From: Rhodospirillaceae bacterium | GTDB taxonomy: Bacteria; Pseudomonadota; Alphaproteobacteria; Rhodospirillales; UBA2165 | NCBI GenBank assembly: GCA_947467145.1 | Contig: CANIGJ010000010.1 | Coordinates: 21,396 to 85,395 of the forward strand | DNA: 64,000 nt | Reading direction: 5' to 3' | Part shown: one piece after another, positions 9,463 to 19,115 of the stretch | Layout of the letters: each line of letters opens with the position of its first letter | Numbering within the stretch: position 1 is the first letter of the stretch | The notes under the pieces: model-generated | The model's input: only the letters and a program-made list of their open reading frames with translations | Told to the model about the DNA's origin: nothing | Databases searched by the model: none | Position numbers and translations under genes: made by a program

Positions 9463-10545
9463 ATGGGAGAGATTCTGGGCCTCGGCCTGAGCCACTATCC
9501 TGGGCCGATGGTCCCGGTCAAATATTGGCCGGCGATGTTGAGCCGCAATGTCGAACATGGGCGCATCAAGAAAGATTTGTTCGACGACAAAAGCCGCTGG
9601 CCTGCCGAAATGCGCGCCGAGTGGGGCAATGACGAAGGCCAGACCGCGGCCAAGGAACATCGCCGCCGCTTGATGGCCGGCTATCAGCGCCTGAGCGATG
9701 AGCTTAACGCATTCAAGCCGGATCTCGTCCTCATCTGGGGCGACGATCAGTACGAGAATTTCAAATCCGATTGCGTACCGGCATTCTGCGTCGGCATCTA
9801 CGATCATGTCGTCAGTAAGCCCTATGACGGCGGGTTCATCCCCTTCAAGACGCAGGAAAATGAATGGGGCGTGCCGGGCGACACGGAACTGCATATCGAC
9901 GGGCATTACGAAGGTGCACGCGGTCTGGCGCAGAACCTGATAGAGACCGGCTTCGACGTCGCTTATTCGCGCACGGTCCGTCATCCGGCGGGTCTGGCGC
10001 ATTCGTTCAACAACACCGTCGTCTATCTCGATTACGAACGGAAGGGATTCAAATATCCGATCATTCCGTTCCATGTGAATTGCTACGGCAATCAGCTCGT
10101 CAACAATTCGGCGCGCACGCAGGGCGAGGGGCGCAACGAGATTACGCCGTCCGGGCCAAGCCCGCAGCGCTGCTTCGATATCGGTCGCGCGACGGCGCGC
10201 TATTTCGCCAATTCGCCCTGGCGCGTCGCGCTGATCGGCTCGGCGAGCTGGTCGCATGCCTCCCTCACGGCGAAACACGGCAAGCTCTATCCCGACATGG
10301 CGGCCGACCGGCGGCGTTACGAGGAACTGCGCGACGGACGGTTCAGCGATTGGGGCAAGATCACGCAAGCCGAGATGGACGATTCCGGCCAGCATGAAGT
10401 GCTGAACTGGATCTGCCTGGCAGGTGCGATGAGCGAGCTTGGCCAGAAGTGCGAAGTCGTCGATTTCGTTGAGACCTATGTCTTCAATTCGGCCAAATGC
10501 TTCGCGGTGTTTCAGCCGAACCAGACGTCCAAAGCCGCCGTCTGA
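9463..10545 (+). CDS. Extradiol ring-cleavage dioxygenase, LigB superfamily (class III)
   Basis: LGLGLSHYP, IWGDDQYE, LAHSF, SASWSHA and SGQHEVLNW motifs. Confidence 0.85.
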   Translation: MGEILGLGLSHYPGPMVPVKYWPAMLSRNVEHGRIKKDLFDDKSRWPAEMRAEWGNDEGQTAAKEHRRRLMAGYQRLSDELNAFKPDLVLIWGDDQYENFKSDCVPAFCVGIYDHVVSKPYDGGFIPFKTQENEWGVPGDTELHIDGHYEGARGLAQNLIETGFDVAYSRTVRHPAGLAHSFNNTVVYLDYERKGFKYPIIPFHVNCYGNQLVNNSARTQGEGRNEITPSGPSPQRCFDIGRATARYFANSPWRVALIGSASWSHASLTAKHGKLYPDMAADRRRYEELRDGRFSDWGKITQAEMDDSGQHEVLNWICLAGAMSELGQKCEVVDFVETYVFNSAKCFAVFQPNQTSKAAV

Positions 10546-10555
10546 ACGCACGCAC

Positions 10556-11419
10556 ATGCTCCCTCCCAATCTTTCCGGCAGAGTTGCGATCGTCACGGGT
10601 GCGGGCAGCATCACCGATCGCCGCAAGAGCATGGGGCCGGTCATGGCCGCAGCGCTGCACGACGCCGGGGCGATGGTGGCTGGGCTCGATGTGAACGAAG
10701 AAGGCCTCGCCAGGTTGGCGGCGGAACTCGATGCCGACGATGCTGGTCGTTTCATTCCCGTTGTCGCCGATGTTTCTTCGCCGCAGCAATGCGAGGCGGC
10801 GATCAAGAAAGTGACGGCGGCGTTCGGCGCACCGGATATTCTGGTCAATCTGGCCGGTATCAGTCAGGTCCTGGCGGCGCCCAGCCCCAATCAGCGTCAG
10901 TATCGTTTCTGGGAAGCGAATGTCGACGCGTGGCAGAAGATCCAGGCCGTCCACAGCACGGGGCCGTTCCTGCTCGCCCGTCTTGTCGTTCCGGCCATGC
11001 TGGAACGCAAATGGGGCCGCATTATCAATATCAGTTCCAGCTTCGAAACCATGCTCGACATCTATCGCTCGGCCTATGGCCCGTCGAAGGCAGCGCTCGA
11101 GGCCAGTTCGGCCATCTGGGCGAAGGAATTGGAAGGCACCGGTGTCACGTGCAATTGCCTGTTGCCGGGCGGTATGGTGGCCAGCAATTCGCCGGGGCTG
11201 CGCGATGTGCCGGAAGATAAAACGTTGTCGCCCAAGATCATGGCGGCGCCGATCCAATGGATGGCATCGCCCGAATCAGACCGTGTGAATGGCCGCCGCT
11301 TCGTGGCTAACCTGTGGAAGCCGGATTTGAGCGGCGAGGAGAACGCGCGTCTTCAGACCGGCGTCATCGGGTGGGAAGGGATCGGCCCCGGCCGCACCGA
11401 ACCCGTCGCGGGATTCTAA
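10556..11419 (+). CDS. SDR family NAD(P)-dependent oxidoreductase
   Basis: VAIVTGAG, DILVNLAG, GRIINISS and YGPSK (YxxxK); start moved to the ATG after the upstream stop. Confidence 0.85.
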   Translation: MLPPNLSGRVAIVTGAGSITDRRKSMGPVMAAALHDAGAMVAGLDVNEEGLARLAAELDADDAGRFIPVVADVSSPQQCEAAIKKVTAAFGAPDILVNLAGISQVLAAPSPNQRQYRFWEANVDAWQKIQAVHSTGPFLLARLVVPAMLERKWGRIINISSSFETMLDIYRSAYGPSKAALEASSAIWAKELEGTGVTCNCLLPGGMVASNSPGLRDVPEDKTLSPKIMAAPIQWMASPESDRVNGRRFVANLWKPDLSGEENARLQTGVIGWEGIGPGRTEPVAGF

Positions 11420-11449
11420 AAAGCTATTGTGAGAGGGATGTGATCGTTC

Positions 11450-12628
11450 ATGGCGCGCATTGAAACGTTGATCGTCGGCGGTGGCATCGGTGGCCTCGCT
11501 GCGGCGCTGGCGCTCAGCAAAGCCGGGCGCTCGGTGCATGTTCTGGAGCGGTCCGCCGAATTCGGCGAAATCGGCGCCGGTCTGCAGCTCGCACCCAATG
11601 CCACGCGGATTCTGGCACGCCTTGGCGTGATGGACGAAATCGCGAAGCACGCCGTCTCGCCCAGCCGCCTCGTCTGGATGGATGCGATCAAGGAACGCAA
11701 GATCACCGAGATCGACCTTGGTGCGCCCTTCCGCGAACGCTACGGCCATCCCTATATCGTCATGCATCGCAGCGATCTGTTGCAGGTGCTGCTTGATGCC
11801 TGTCGCGCCAGCAAGCTGATCACGCTGGAAGCGAGCAAGGGAGCGACCGAAATCGAAGATTGCGGCGATTTCGCACGCGTGCGCTGCGCCGACGGTTCGG
11901 TCTATGAGGCCAATATCGTGGTCGGCGCCGACGGACTTCATTCCAAGGTGCGCGGATTGATCAGCGACGACAAGCCGATCTGTGCCGAATATGTCGCTTA
12001 TCGCGGCACTCTGCCGATGCAGGAAATGTCGGCCCATGCCGGGCTCGACAACGTCGTGATGTGGGTCGGCCCGGACATGCATTTCGTGCAGTATCCGATC
12101 CGCCGCGCCGAGCTTTACAATCAGGTCGCGGTCTTCCGCAGCAAGCGCTACACGCCGGACTCCGACGATTGGGGCACTGTCGAAGAGTTCGACGCGCATT
12201 TCGCGCAGGCCGGCCAATACGTGCAGAACTGCGCCAAGTTGATGTGGCGTGACCGCCGCTGGCCGATGTACGACCGCGAGCCGATGCTCAACTGGGTACG
12301 CAATCGCGTCGTGCTGCTCGGCGATGCCGCTCATCCGATGCTGCAATATATTGCTCAGGGTGCCTGTCAGGCGATCGAAGATGCGGCGTGCCTCGCCGAT
12401 TGCATTGCCGGTTCTTCCTCCGATCCGATGTCTGGGCTGAAGGCCTATGAAGGCTTGCGCGCGCATCAGGCGGCGCGGGTGCAGATCACCGCGCGCGCCA
12501 TGGGGCGGTTTTTCCATATGGCGGGCGCGGCGGCCGAGGTTCGCAACACGATGATCGCGCTCAGGCCCGCCACCGATTATTCGCATTTGGATTGGCTATA
12601 CGGCGATCGCAGCGCAGCGCGATCGTAA
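11450..12628 (+). CDS. FAD-dependent monooxygenase, 3-hydroxybenzoate 6-hydroxylase-like
   Basis: GGGIGG, DG and GD motifs; HFVQY and MLQYIAQG match the His/Tyr/Gln substrate fingerprint of 3HB6H. Confidence 0.8.
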   Translation: MARIETLIVGGGIGGLAAALALSKAGRSVHVLERSAEFGEIGAGLQLAPNATRILARLGVMDEIAKHAVSPSRLVWMDAIKERKITEIDLGAPFRERYGHPYIVMHRSDLLQVLLDACRASKLITLEASKGATEIEDCGDFARVRCADGSVYEANIVVGADGLHSKVRGLISDDKPICAEYVAYRGTLPMQEMSAHAGLDNVVMWVGPDMHFVQYPIRRAELYNQVAVFRSKRYTPDSDDWGTVEEFDAHFAQAGQYVQNCAKLMWRDRRWPMYDREPMLNWVRNRVVLLGDAAHPMLQYIAQGACQAIEDAACLADCIAGSSSDPMSGLKAYEGLRAHQAARVQITARAMGRFFHMAGAAAEVRNTMIALRPATDYSHLDWLYGDRSAARS

Positions 12629-12652
12629 AAATTGGACGATGGGAGGCATTTC

Positions 12653-13747
12653 ATGACAGGAAAATATTTCGCGTTGTTTGCCGCGGCATTGGTGATCGCG
12701 GCTTCATCGGTTCAGGCCGCCGATTGGCAGGCGGGCGCCGGGCCCGAATGGCAGAAGATCATGACGGCCGCCAAGCAGGAAGGTTCGGTCGTCGTGACCG
12801 GCCCGCCGCAATTGACCAAAGATCTCGTCGCGGGGTTTGAGCGCGATACAGGGATCAAGCTCGATTACGTCGCCGGCGAAGCGCGTGTCACCGCCAGCCG
12901 TGTCGTGCGCGAATTGCGCGCCAACAATGTCACCATCGACATCAGCCTGAGCGGAACGGCCGAACTGCCGATCGCGAAGGAAGGCTTCTTCGAGGATGCG
13001 AAAGCGCGCATGTTGCTGCCGGGCGTCACCGATATGAAGAACTGGACCGGCGGCGAGCTGAAGTGGGTCGATAACGACAAGAAATTCATGCTGCAGACGC
13101 ATGCTTATCGCTCGTCCATTCCCTATTACAATCCGACGATCCTGAAGCCGGGCGAGATGGATAGCTGGCAGAAGCTGCTCGATCCGAAGCTCAAGGGTAA
13201 AATCGTCGTTTACGATCCGCGCAGCGGCGGACCGGGCCAAGCCATGGCGACCTATATCGCCACGCGCCAAGGCCTCGATTATTTCAAGAAGCTCTATGTC
13301 GATCAGCAGCCTGTCTTCTCGCTCGACAGCCGTCAGATGGCCGAATGGGTTGTGCGCGGCGTGCATTCCGTCGGACTCGGCATTCTGGCGCCCGATTTCC
13401 AGCGCTTTAAGGCGGAAGGCATCAAGACCATCGAGCCGGTGGATTTCAAGGATGGCGCGGGCACGCTGACGGGCGGTTTCAGCGTCATCATGCTGATGAA
13501 GGGCGCGCCGCATCCCAATGCGCAGACGGTCTTCCTCAACTGGTTCGCGAGCCAGCCGGGCCAGGAAGCCTTCACGAAGGCCTATAACGTGCCGAGCCGT
13601 CGTCTCGATGTGAGCACCGAAGGTCTGCCCGATTATCTGATCCTCAAGAAGGGTGGCGATTATCAGGATCAGTACACCGAGGATTGGGCTAATTCCGGTG
13701 TCGAAGAGGTTCGCAAGAAGTACATCGAGATCATCGGCGGCAAATGA
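12653..13747 (+). CDS. ABC transporter substrate-binding protein (SBP_bac_6-like)
   Basis: Signal peptide; LLDPKLKGKIVVYDP; APHPNA; GGAGG RBS before ATG 12653. Confidence 0.85.
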   Translation: MTGKYFALFAAALVIAASSVQAADWQAGAGPEWQKIMTAAKQEGSVVVTGPPQLTKDLVAGFERDTGIKLDYVAGEARVTASRVVRELRANNVTIDISLSGTAELPIAKEGFFEDAKARMLLPGVTDMKNWTGGELKWVDNDKKFMLQTHAYRSSIPYYNPTILKPGEMDSWQKLLDPKLKGKIVVYDPRSGGPGQAMATYIATRQGLDYFKKLYVDQQPVFSLDSRQMAEWVVRGVHSVGLGILAPDFQRFKAEGIKTIEPVDFKDGAGTLTGGFSVIMLMKGAPHPNAQTVFLNWFASQPGQEAFTKAYNVPSRRLDVSTEGLPDYLILKKGGDYQDQYTEDWANSGVEEVRKKYIEIIGGK

Positions 13748-15456
13748 GTTTTGCCGCTGCTCTGAAATCGGGTGCCGCGTCCCGCCGTTATCTGGCGGGC
13801 GCGGCATTCATGTTGGCGATCGGTCTGCTGACCGTCACGCCGATCATCTATGTGCTGATCTATAGCTTCGATGTCTCGGAAGTCGGCAAGGCCTATCGCT
13901 TCGGCATTGCGGGCTGGATCGACATCTTCACCAATGCGAAGACTTGGTCGTCCATCGTCTATTCTTTCCTTCTGTCGATTCGCATACCGCTGGCGACCGT
14001 CGTCGGCTTCGGCATCGCCTGGCTTCTCGTGCGCGCCAACATTCCGGGCAGCCGCTATCTCGAACTCGCCTTCTGGTTCACGTTCCTCTTGCCGAGCCTA
14101 CCGCTCCTGCTCGGCTGGACTCTGCTGCTCGATGCCAATTACGGCCTGCTCAATCTGGCGCTGATGAAGCTGCCTTTCGTCACCGGCCCGATTTTCTCGA
14201 TCTATTCGGTCAGCGGCATCATCTGGGTCCATATGGCGATGACCTCGGTCCCGATCATGGTCATCCTGCTGACGCCCAGCTTGCGCCAGCTCGATCTGTC
14301 TTATGAGGAAGTGGCCGAGATGTCGGGCGCGGGCATCCTGACCAAACTGAAACGGGTCACGATCCCGCTGGTGTTCCCGGCGATTGCGACGTCGTTCATC
14401 CTGTCGTTGATCCGCAGCCTCGAAGCCTTCGAGGTCGAGCGCGTGCTGGGCACGCCGGTCAATATCAACGTCTATTCGACGCGGATTTACGACTTCATCA
14501 GTCTGGAGCCGCCGCAATTTTCCCAGGCGATGGCCTTAAGCTGCCTGTTCCTCGTCATTCTCCTGGCGCTGGCGATTTTCTATCAGCGCTACCTTGAAAA
14601 ATCGGGCGACCGGGCGGTCGTCACCGGGCGCGGCGTGCGCACCGAAAATACCCAGCGCGCGACCTGGCACTATGTCGCGTCCATTCTGCTGTGGGTCTAT
14701 CTCGCCATTACCCTGCTGATGCCGCTGGTTGTCCTGATGCTGGGATCTCTGACGAAGCTGTTCGGCTTCTTCTTTATCCCGGATCCCTGGACTTTGAAGC
14801 ATTGGACGGCGGTCTTCGCCGACAGCCGTTTCCTCAAATCGGTCGTGACGTCTTTAACGTTGGGATTGACCGTCGGCACCGTCGGCATCCTGATTTTCTC
14901 GCTGATCGCCTGGGTGCTGGTTCGTTCGTCCATCGCCGGGCGTCGCATCGTCAGCATTATGATCTGGTTGCCGTGGGCCATTCCGGGCCTCGTGCTGGGG
15001 GTGACCTTGCTCAGCCTGATCCTGGAAACGCCGGGCCTGTCCATGCTTTACGGCACGGTCCTGCCGCTCCTGCTGGCGATGCTGATCAAGGAACTGCCTA
15101 TCGGCGTGCAGCTTTTACGCACGGCGGTCGGTCAGGTTTCGGGCCAACTTGAGGAGGCAGCGATCATGTCGGGCGCCGACTTCACGACGATTTTTCGGCG
15201 GATCACCTTGCCGCTGGTCGCGCCAATGCTGGTGTCGGTTTTCCTGCTGATCTTCGCCGGCACGTTGCGCGATATCGGAACGGTCGTGTTGATCGCAACG
15301 CCGGGCACGCAGACCATGGCGCTGCTGATGTTCGATTTCGCAACGTCGGGTCAATTGGAATCTGCCGCCGTGCTCGGCGTCATTGTCGCCATTCTCTGCG
15401 TCGCCGTCACGGTGGCGTCGCTCAGGATCGGCAGAGGAGTGGGAATTCGTGGCTGA
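13744..15456 (+). CDS. ABC transporter permease (fused two-domain, FbpB-type)
   Basis: Hydrophobic; two EAA loops (YEEVAEMSGAG, LEEAAIMSGA). Confidence 0.9.
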   Translation: MSFAAALKSGAASRRYLAGAAFMLAIGLLTVTPIIYVLIYSFDVSEVGKAYRFGIAGWIDIFTNAKTWSSIVYSFLLSIRIPLATVVGFGIAWLLVRANIPGSRYLELAFWFTFLLPSLPLLLGWTLLLDANYGLLNLALMKLPFVTGPIFSIYSVSGIIWVHMAMTSVPIMVILLTPSLRQLDLSYEEVAEMSGAGILTKLKRVTIPLVFPAIATSFILSLIRSLEAFEVERVLGTPVNINVYSTRIYDFISLEPPQFSQAMALSCLFLVILLALAIFYQRYLEKSGDRAVVTGRGVRTENTQRATWHYVASILLWVYLAITLLMPLVVLMLGSLTKLFGFFFIPDPWTLKHWTAVFADSRFLKSVVTSLTLGLTVGTVGILIFSLIAWVLVRSSIAGRRIVSIMIWLPWAIPGLVLGVTLLSLILETPGLSMLYGTVLPLLLAMLIKELPIGVQLLRTAVGQVSGQLEEAAIMSGADFTTIFRRITLPLVAPMLVSVFLLIFAGTLRDIGTVVLIATPGTQTMALLMFDFATSGQLESAAVLGVIVAILCVAVTVASLRIGRGVGIRG

Positions 15457-16561
15457 GAATACGTCCATGCTGGAGGTCCGCAATCTCGAGAAAAGGTTCT
15501 CGGCCGATGGCGGAAAGATCGTCAAGGCGATCGACAATGTGTCTTTCGATATCCCGAAAGGCACGATCTTCACGCTGCTGGGACCGAGCGGCTGCGGTAA
15601 GACGACGACCTTGCGTTCGGTCGCTGGGTTGGAGACGCCGGATTCGGGCGAGATCGTCGTTTCGGGTCGCACGGTCTTTTCGTCGGCTAAGAATATCCGC
15701 GTGCCGGCGGCCGAGCGCGGGCTGGGGATGATGTTCCAATCCTACGCCGTCTGGCCGCACATGACGGTGTTCGAGAATGTCGCTTTTCCGCTGACAGTGC
15801 CGATTCGGCGCGGGCAATACACCAAGGCGCAGGTCGAGCAGGAAGTCGGCCGCACCCTGGACGCCGTTGCGCTCGGTGGCTTTGAAGGCCGCCATGCGAC
15901 GCAATTGAGCGGCGGCCAGCAGCAACGCCTTGCCTTGGCGCGCGCCTTGATTTCCCGGCCGCCGCTGCTGCTGCTCGATGAGCCACTCAGCAATCTCGAT
16001 GCGAAGCTGCGCGAGAAGATGCGCTTCGAATTGAAGCGGCTGCAGGCCGATCTCGGCGTGACCAGCATCTATGTGACGCATGATCAGAACGAAGCCCTCG
16101 GCCTGTCGCATCAGATCGCGGTGATGAACCAGGGCCAGATCGTTCAGGTAGGTAGTCCGCGCGTCATTTACGAACAGCCGGCCAACCGCTTCGTCGCCGA
16201 ATTCGTCGGCACGACCAACTTTGTCCCGGCCGAGGTTCTGGGCCGTGACGGCGAACGCTATATGGTCGAAACCGCGTTCGGCAAACTGTCGCTCGCCACG
16301 CCGCGCGCGCTCAACACGGGTGACAAGATCGTGCTGTCGATACGTCCGGAACATGTGATGGTCAAGGCCGAGGCTGCGTCTGGGCCCAATAGCTGGGATG
16401 CCACCGTCAAAACCAATATCTTCCTGGGGTTCCATCAGGATCTCGAAGTGATGGCGGGCGGCTTGCTGCTCGAAGCGCGCATCCATCCGTCGCTCGATGT
16501 GCCGGTCGGCACGCCTGTCTCCATCAATATCGCGCCGGATCGGTGCATCGTCTGCGATTAA
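15449..16561 (+). CDS. ABC transporter ATP-binding protein (PotA/FbpC-like, with TOBE)
   Basis: [22 protein letters not shown]; GTG start after GAGGAG. Confidence 0.9.
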   Translation: MAENTSMLEVRNLEKRFSADGGKIVKAIDNVSFDIPKGTIFTLLGPSGCGKTTTLRSVAGLETPDSGEIVVSGRTVFSSAKNIRVPAAERGLGMMFQSYAVWPHMTVFENVAFPLTVPIRRGQYTKAQVEQEVGRTLDAVALGGFEGRHATQLSGGQQQRLALARALISRPPLLLLDEPLSNLDAKLREKMRFELKRLQADLGVTSIYVTHDQNEALGLSHQIAVMNQGQIVQVGSPRVIYEQPANRFVAEFVGTTNFVPAEVLGRDGERYMVETAFGKLSLATPRALNTGDKIVLSIRPEHVMVKAEAASGPNSWDATVKTNIFLGFHQDLEVMAGGLLLEARIHPSLDVPVGTPVSINIAPDRCIVCD

Positions 16562-16570
16562 GAGGGTAGA

Positions 16571-17704
16571 ATGGATTTTTCCACCATGGTGCTGACGATG
16601 TACGTCGCACACGAGGACGGCCCCGACACGGACGAAGAGGTTCTCAGCGTTGCGGTCGATCAGTCCCTTGCCTCGGCCGAGTTGGGTTTCAATCCCTGGT
16701 TCACGGAGCATCATTTCCGCGGGCCCTGGCACAGCAGCCCGCTGCAATTCGCGACCTACATCGCGCCGCAGATCCCCGAGGATCGTTATCTCGGCTTCGG
16801 CGTGCTGTCGACGCCCTATTACAATCCGGTGCGTTTGGTGGAGAGCATGAACCTGCTCGACCAATTGACGCGTGGGCGGACCCTCTATGGTCTGGGCAGC
16901 GGCTTTCCCGGCCTGGAACCGGCCGGCATGGGCTTGGACAAGGATTATCATGGCTCGGGTAAGGCCGCGCAGGACACGCTGGAGATCATCCAGAAGTTAT
17001 GGGCGTTCCGCACCGGCGATCCGGAATATGTCTTCAACACACCGACGCATCAGGGTTCGATCCGCCGCCGCGTGACCCCGGCGCCCTATCGCAAGCTTCA
17101 TCCGACCGTCATCCGTACGGCGAGCCGCGATGCATCGCTCATTGCCGCCGCGAAGAACGGTTGGCCGGTCTTCCTGGGCGCCACTGGTGCGACGGCGACG
17201 CCGGCCGAACAGTGGCGCACTTATCTCGATGCATTATCCAAGGAAATTCATTCGCCGGACGTGATCGCCGAATGCCTGCGTTGGAGCACGGTCGATTGGC
17301 TGAGCGTCGTCGTTGCCGATACGGATGCGGAAGCGCAGAAGCGCCTCGACCTTGCGCGCGCCGAACGCACTGCGATGCGGCAGAAATATGCCGCGCAGCA
17401 CGGTCCGCTCCATGGCCCGTTGAGTCGGGCGCGGCCCAGCGCATCGTCGGCGACGGCATTTGCCGCCGGCGGCGATATGATGGACAGCATCGTCGGCAAC
17501 CCGGACACCGTCGCGCGCAAGGTCCAGGAACTGGTCGATATGGGCGTCAATCACCTGCTGTTGCGCTTTGTGGGTGAATGGACCGGCGAAACGCGCTGGA
17601 TCTCGGAAACCTCCATGAAGCTGTTTGCCGAGGAAGTCGCGCCGAAATTCCACGATATTGCGCCGCATCGCGATCTGGACGCTGTGATGGCGGCTCGCGT
17701 CTAA
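16571..17704 (+). CDS. LLM class flavin-dependent oxidoreductase (luciferase-like)
   Basis: WFTEHHF, NPVRLVE...LDQLTRGR...GLGSG, IVGNPDTV. Confidence 0.85.
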   Translation: MDFSTMVLTMYVAHEDGPDTDEEVLSVAVDQSLASAELGFNPWFTEHHFRGPWHSSPLQFATYIAPQIPEDRYLGFGVLSTPYYNPVRLVESMNLLDQLTRGRTLYGLGSGFPGLEPAGMGLDKDYHGSGKAAQDTLEIIQKLWAFRTGDPEYVFNTPTHQGSIRRRVTPAPYRKLHPTVIRTASRDASLIAAAKNGWPVFLGATGATATPAEQWRTYLDALSKEIHSPDVIAECLRWSTVDWLSVVVADTDAEAQKRLDLARAERTAMRQKYAAQHGPLHGPLSRARPSASSATAFAAGGDMMDSIVGNPDTVARKVQELVDMGVNHLLLRFVGEWTGETRWISETSMKLFAEEVAPKFHDIAPHRDLDAVMAARV

Positions 17705-17744
17705 GTGCAATCCTGGCAGGCGAAAACCTGCTAAACTGGCTCGC

Positions 17745-18311
17745 ATGAGCAAGGCATTCACTAAAGAGACCGACGATGATCTTGAGGACGAAGATCAAGA
17801 GGTCCTGAATGCCTTGCCGCCGGGCACCAAGAATTACATGACGCGGCCCGGCTACGAGCGTCTCAAGGCCGAATACAGCAAGCTGCTGCATGTCGAGCGG
17901 CCGAAGATCGTCGAGATCGTGTCGTGGGCCGCCGGCAATGGTGATCGCTCAGAGAACGGCGATTATATCTATGGCAAGAAACGGCTGCGGGAAATCGACT
18001 GGCGCGTCCGGTTCCTGACCAAGCGGATCGAATCGGCCGAGGTTGTGGATGCGGAGAAACAGCGCCACCTCAAACAGGTCTTCTTCGGCGCGACGGTTAC
18101 CTATGCCGATGCCAAGGACGCAGAACACACGATCACCATCGTCGGCGTCGATGAGGCGGATATCACAGAAGGCCGCGTCAGCTGGATTTCGCCGATTGCG
18201 CGCGCCCTGATGAAGGCGCGCGAAGGCGACGTGGTCGATGTCCGCACACCGACCGGTAAGGAAACGATCGAGGTCGTGCGTATCCGCTACGGCGGTTCGG
18301 ACGAGGGCTAG
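17745..18311 (+). CDS. greB: Transcription elongation factor GreB
   Basis: MSKAFTKE, NYMT, VSWAAGNGDRSENGDYIYGKKRLREID, SWISPIARAL. Confidence 0.95.
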   Translation: MSKAFTKETDDDLEDEDQEVLNALPPGTKNYMTRPGYERLKAEYSKLLHVERPKIVEIVSWAAGNGDRSENGDYIYGKKRLREIDWRVRFLTKRIESAEVVDAEKQRHLKQVFFGATVTYADAKDAEHTITIVGVDEADITEGRVSWISPIARALMKAREGDVVDVRTPTGKETIEVVRIRYGGSDEG

Positions 18312-18312
18312 G

Positions 18313-19032
18313 TTAAGTCGCGACCGATAGCCCCCGCACCTTATGCTTTTTGATCAGGCTGGCGACGAGGCCGGATCGCTTCGCTTCATTCACGAAATCG
18401 CGCAGGAAGGCGATGCCGGCCGAATTGGCGCGGGCCGTTCCGATCGCCTGCTGCACCGTCGTGAAGCGATCGCCCAATAGGCGCGCGCCCGGAAGTTTCT
18501 CGACATCGCCGATCAGGCCGGGCCGGAGACCGGCCAAGGCGTCGGCGCCGCCGTTCTTGAATTGCTCGAACGCGGCAGCGGCACCTTCGGTATGCAGGAG
18601 CGTCGCGTTCCTGATATTGGCGGTGAGCCAAAGATCGTAGGCCGTACGTGCGGCCACGACGATGCGCACGCCTTTTTGGTCGACCTCAGCGGAGGTTTTG
18701 ATCGCTGAAGCGCCGCTGACGATATAGGTCGCTTCGATCTCGACATAGGCCGGGGCAAAGCCGATCACGGCGGCGCGGGCCGGCTCGTCCGCGATCAAGC
18801 CGATATCCCAGGTGTCCGTGCCGACCTTGTCGGCCAGTTCGCCCGGCGACTTGAAGGGCACAAGCTTCAGCGGCACGCCGAGGCGCCTGGCGATCTCGGC
18901 GGCCATATCGGGCGCGACGCCGACCGGATCGCCGGACGGCGTGCGTCCGGTCACCAAAAGGAAGTTCGACAGGTTGATGCCGGCGCGCAATGTTCCGGTG
19001 GGGGCGAGCTCGGCAACGATGTTCTTATCCAT
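18313..19032 (-). CDS. Substrate-binding protein (SBP_bac_3-like), no obvious signal peptide
   Basis: ELAPTGTLRAGINLSN, DEPARA, YVEIEATY motifs typical of this family. Confidence 0.75.
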   Translation of the reverse strand: MDKNIVAELAPTGTLRAGINLSNFLLVTGRTPSGDPVGVAPDMAAEIARRLGVPLKLVPFKSPGELADKVGTDTWDIGLIADEPARAAVIGFAPAYVEIEATYIVSGASAIKTSAEVDQKGVRIVVAARTAYDLWLTANIRNATLLHTEGAAAAFEQFKNGGADALAGLRPGLIGDVEKLPGARLLGDRFTTVQQAIGTARANSAGIAFLRDFVNEAKRSGLVASLIKKHKVRGLSVAT

Positions 19033-19115
19033 GGCGCATCCTGGGTGATGAGATGCGCCACTGTTCCATCGCCGGCCCGATGCGTCAAATTGGAATCCCG
19101 ACTTGCCGCTCTATG

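Noticed and set aside
18000-18002. GreB reads IDWR where IDRR is usual
   Set aside because: Single substitution or base-call error; the catalytic acidic residues are intact.
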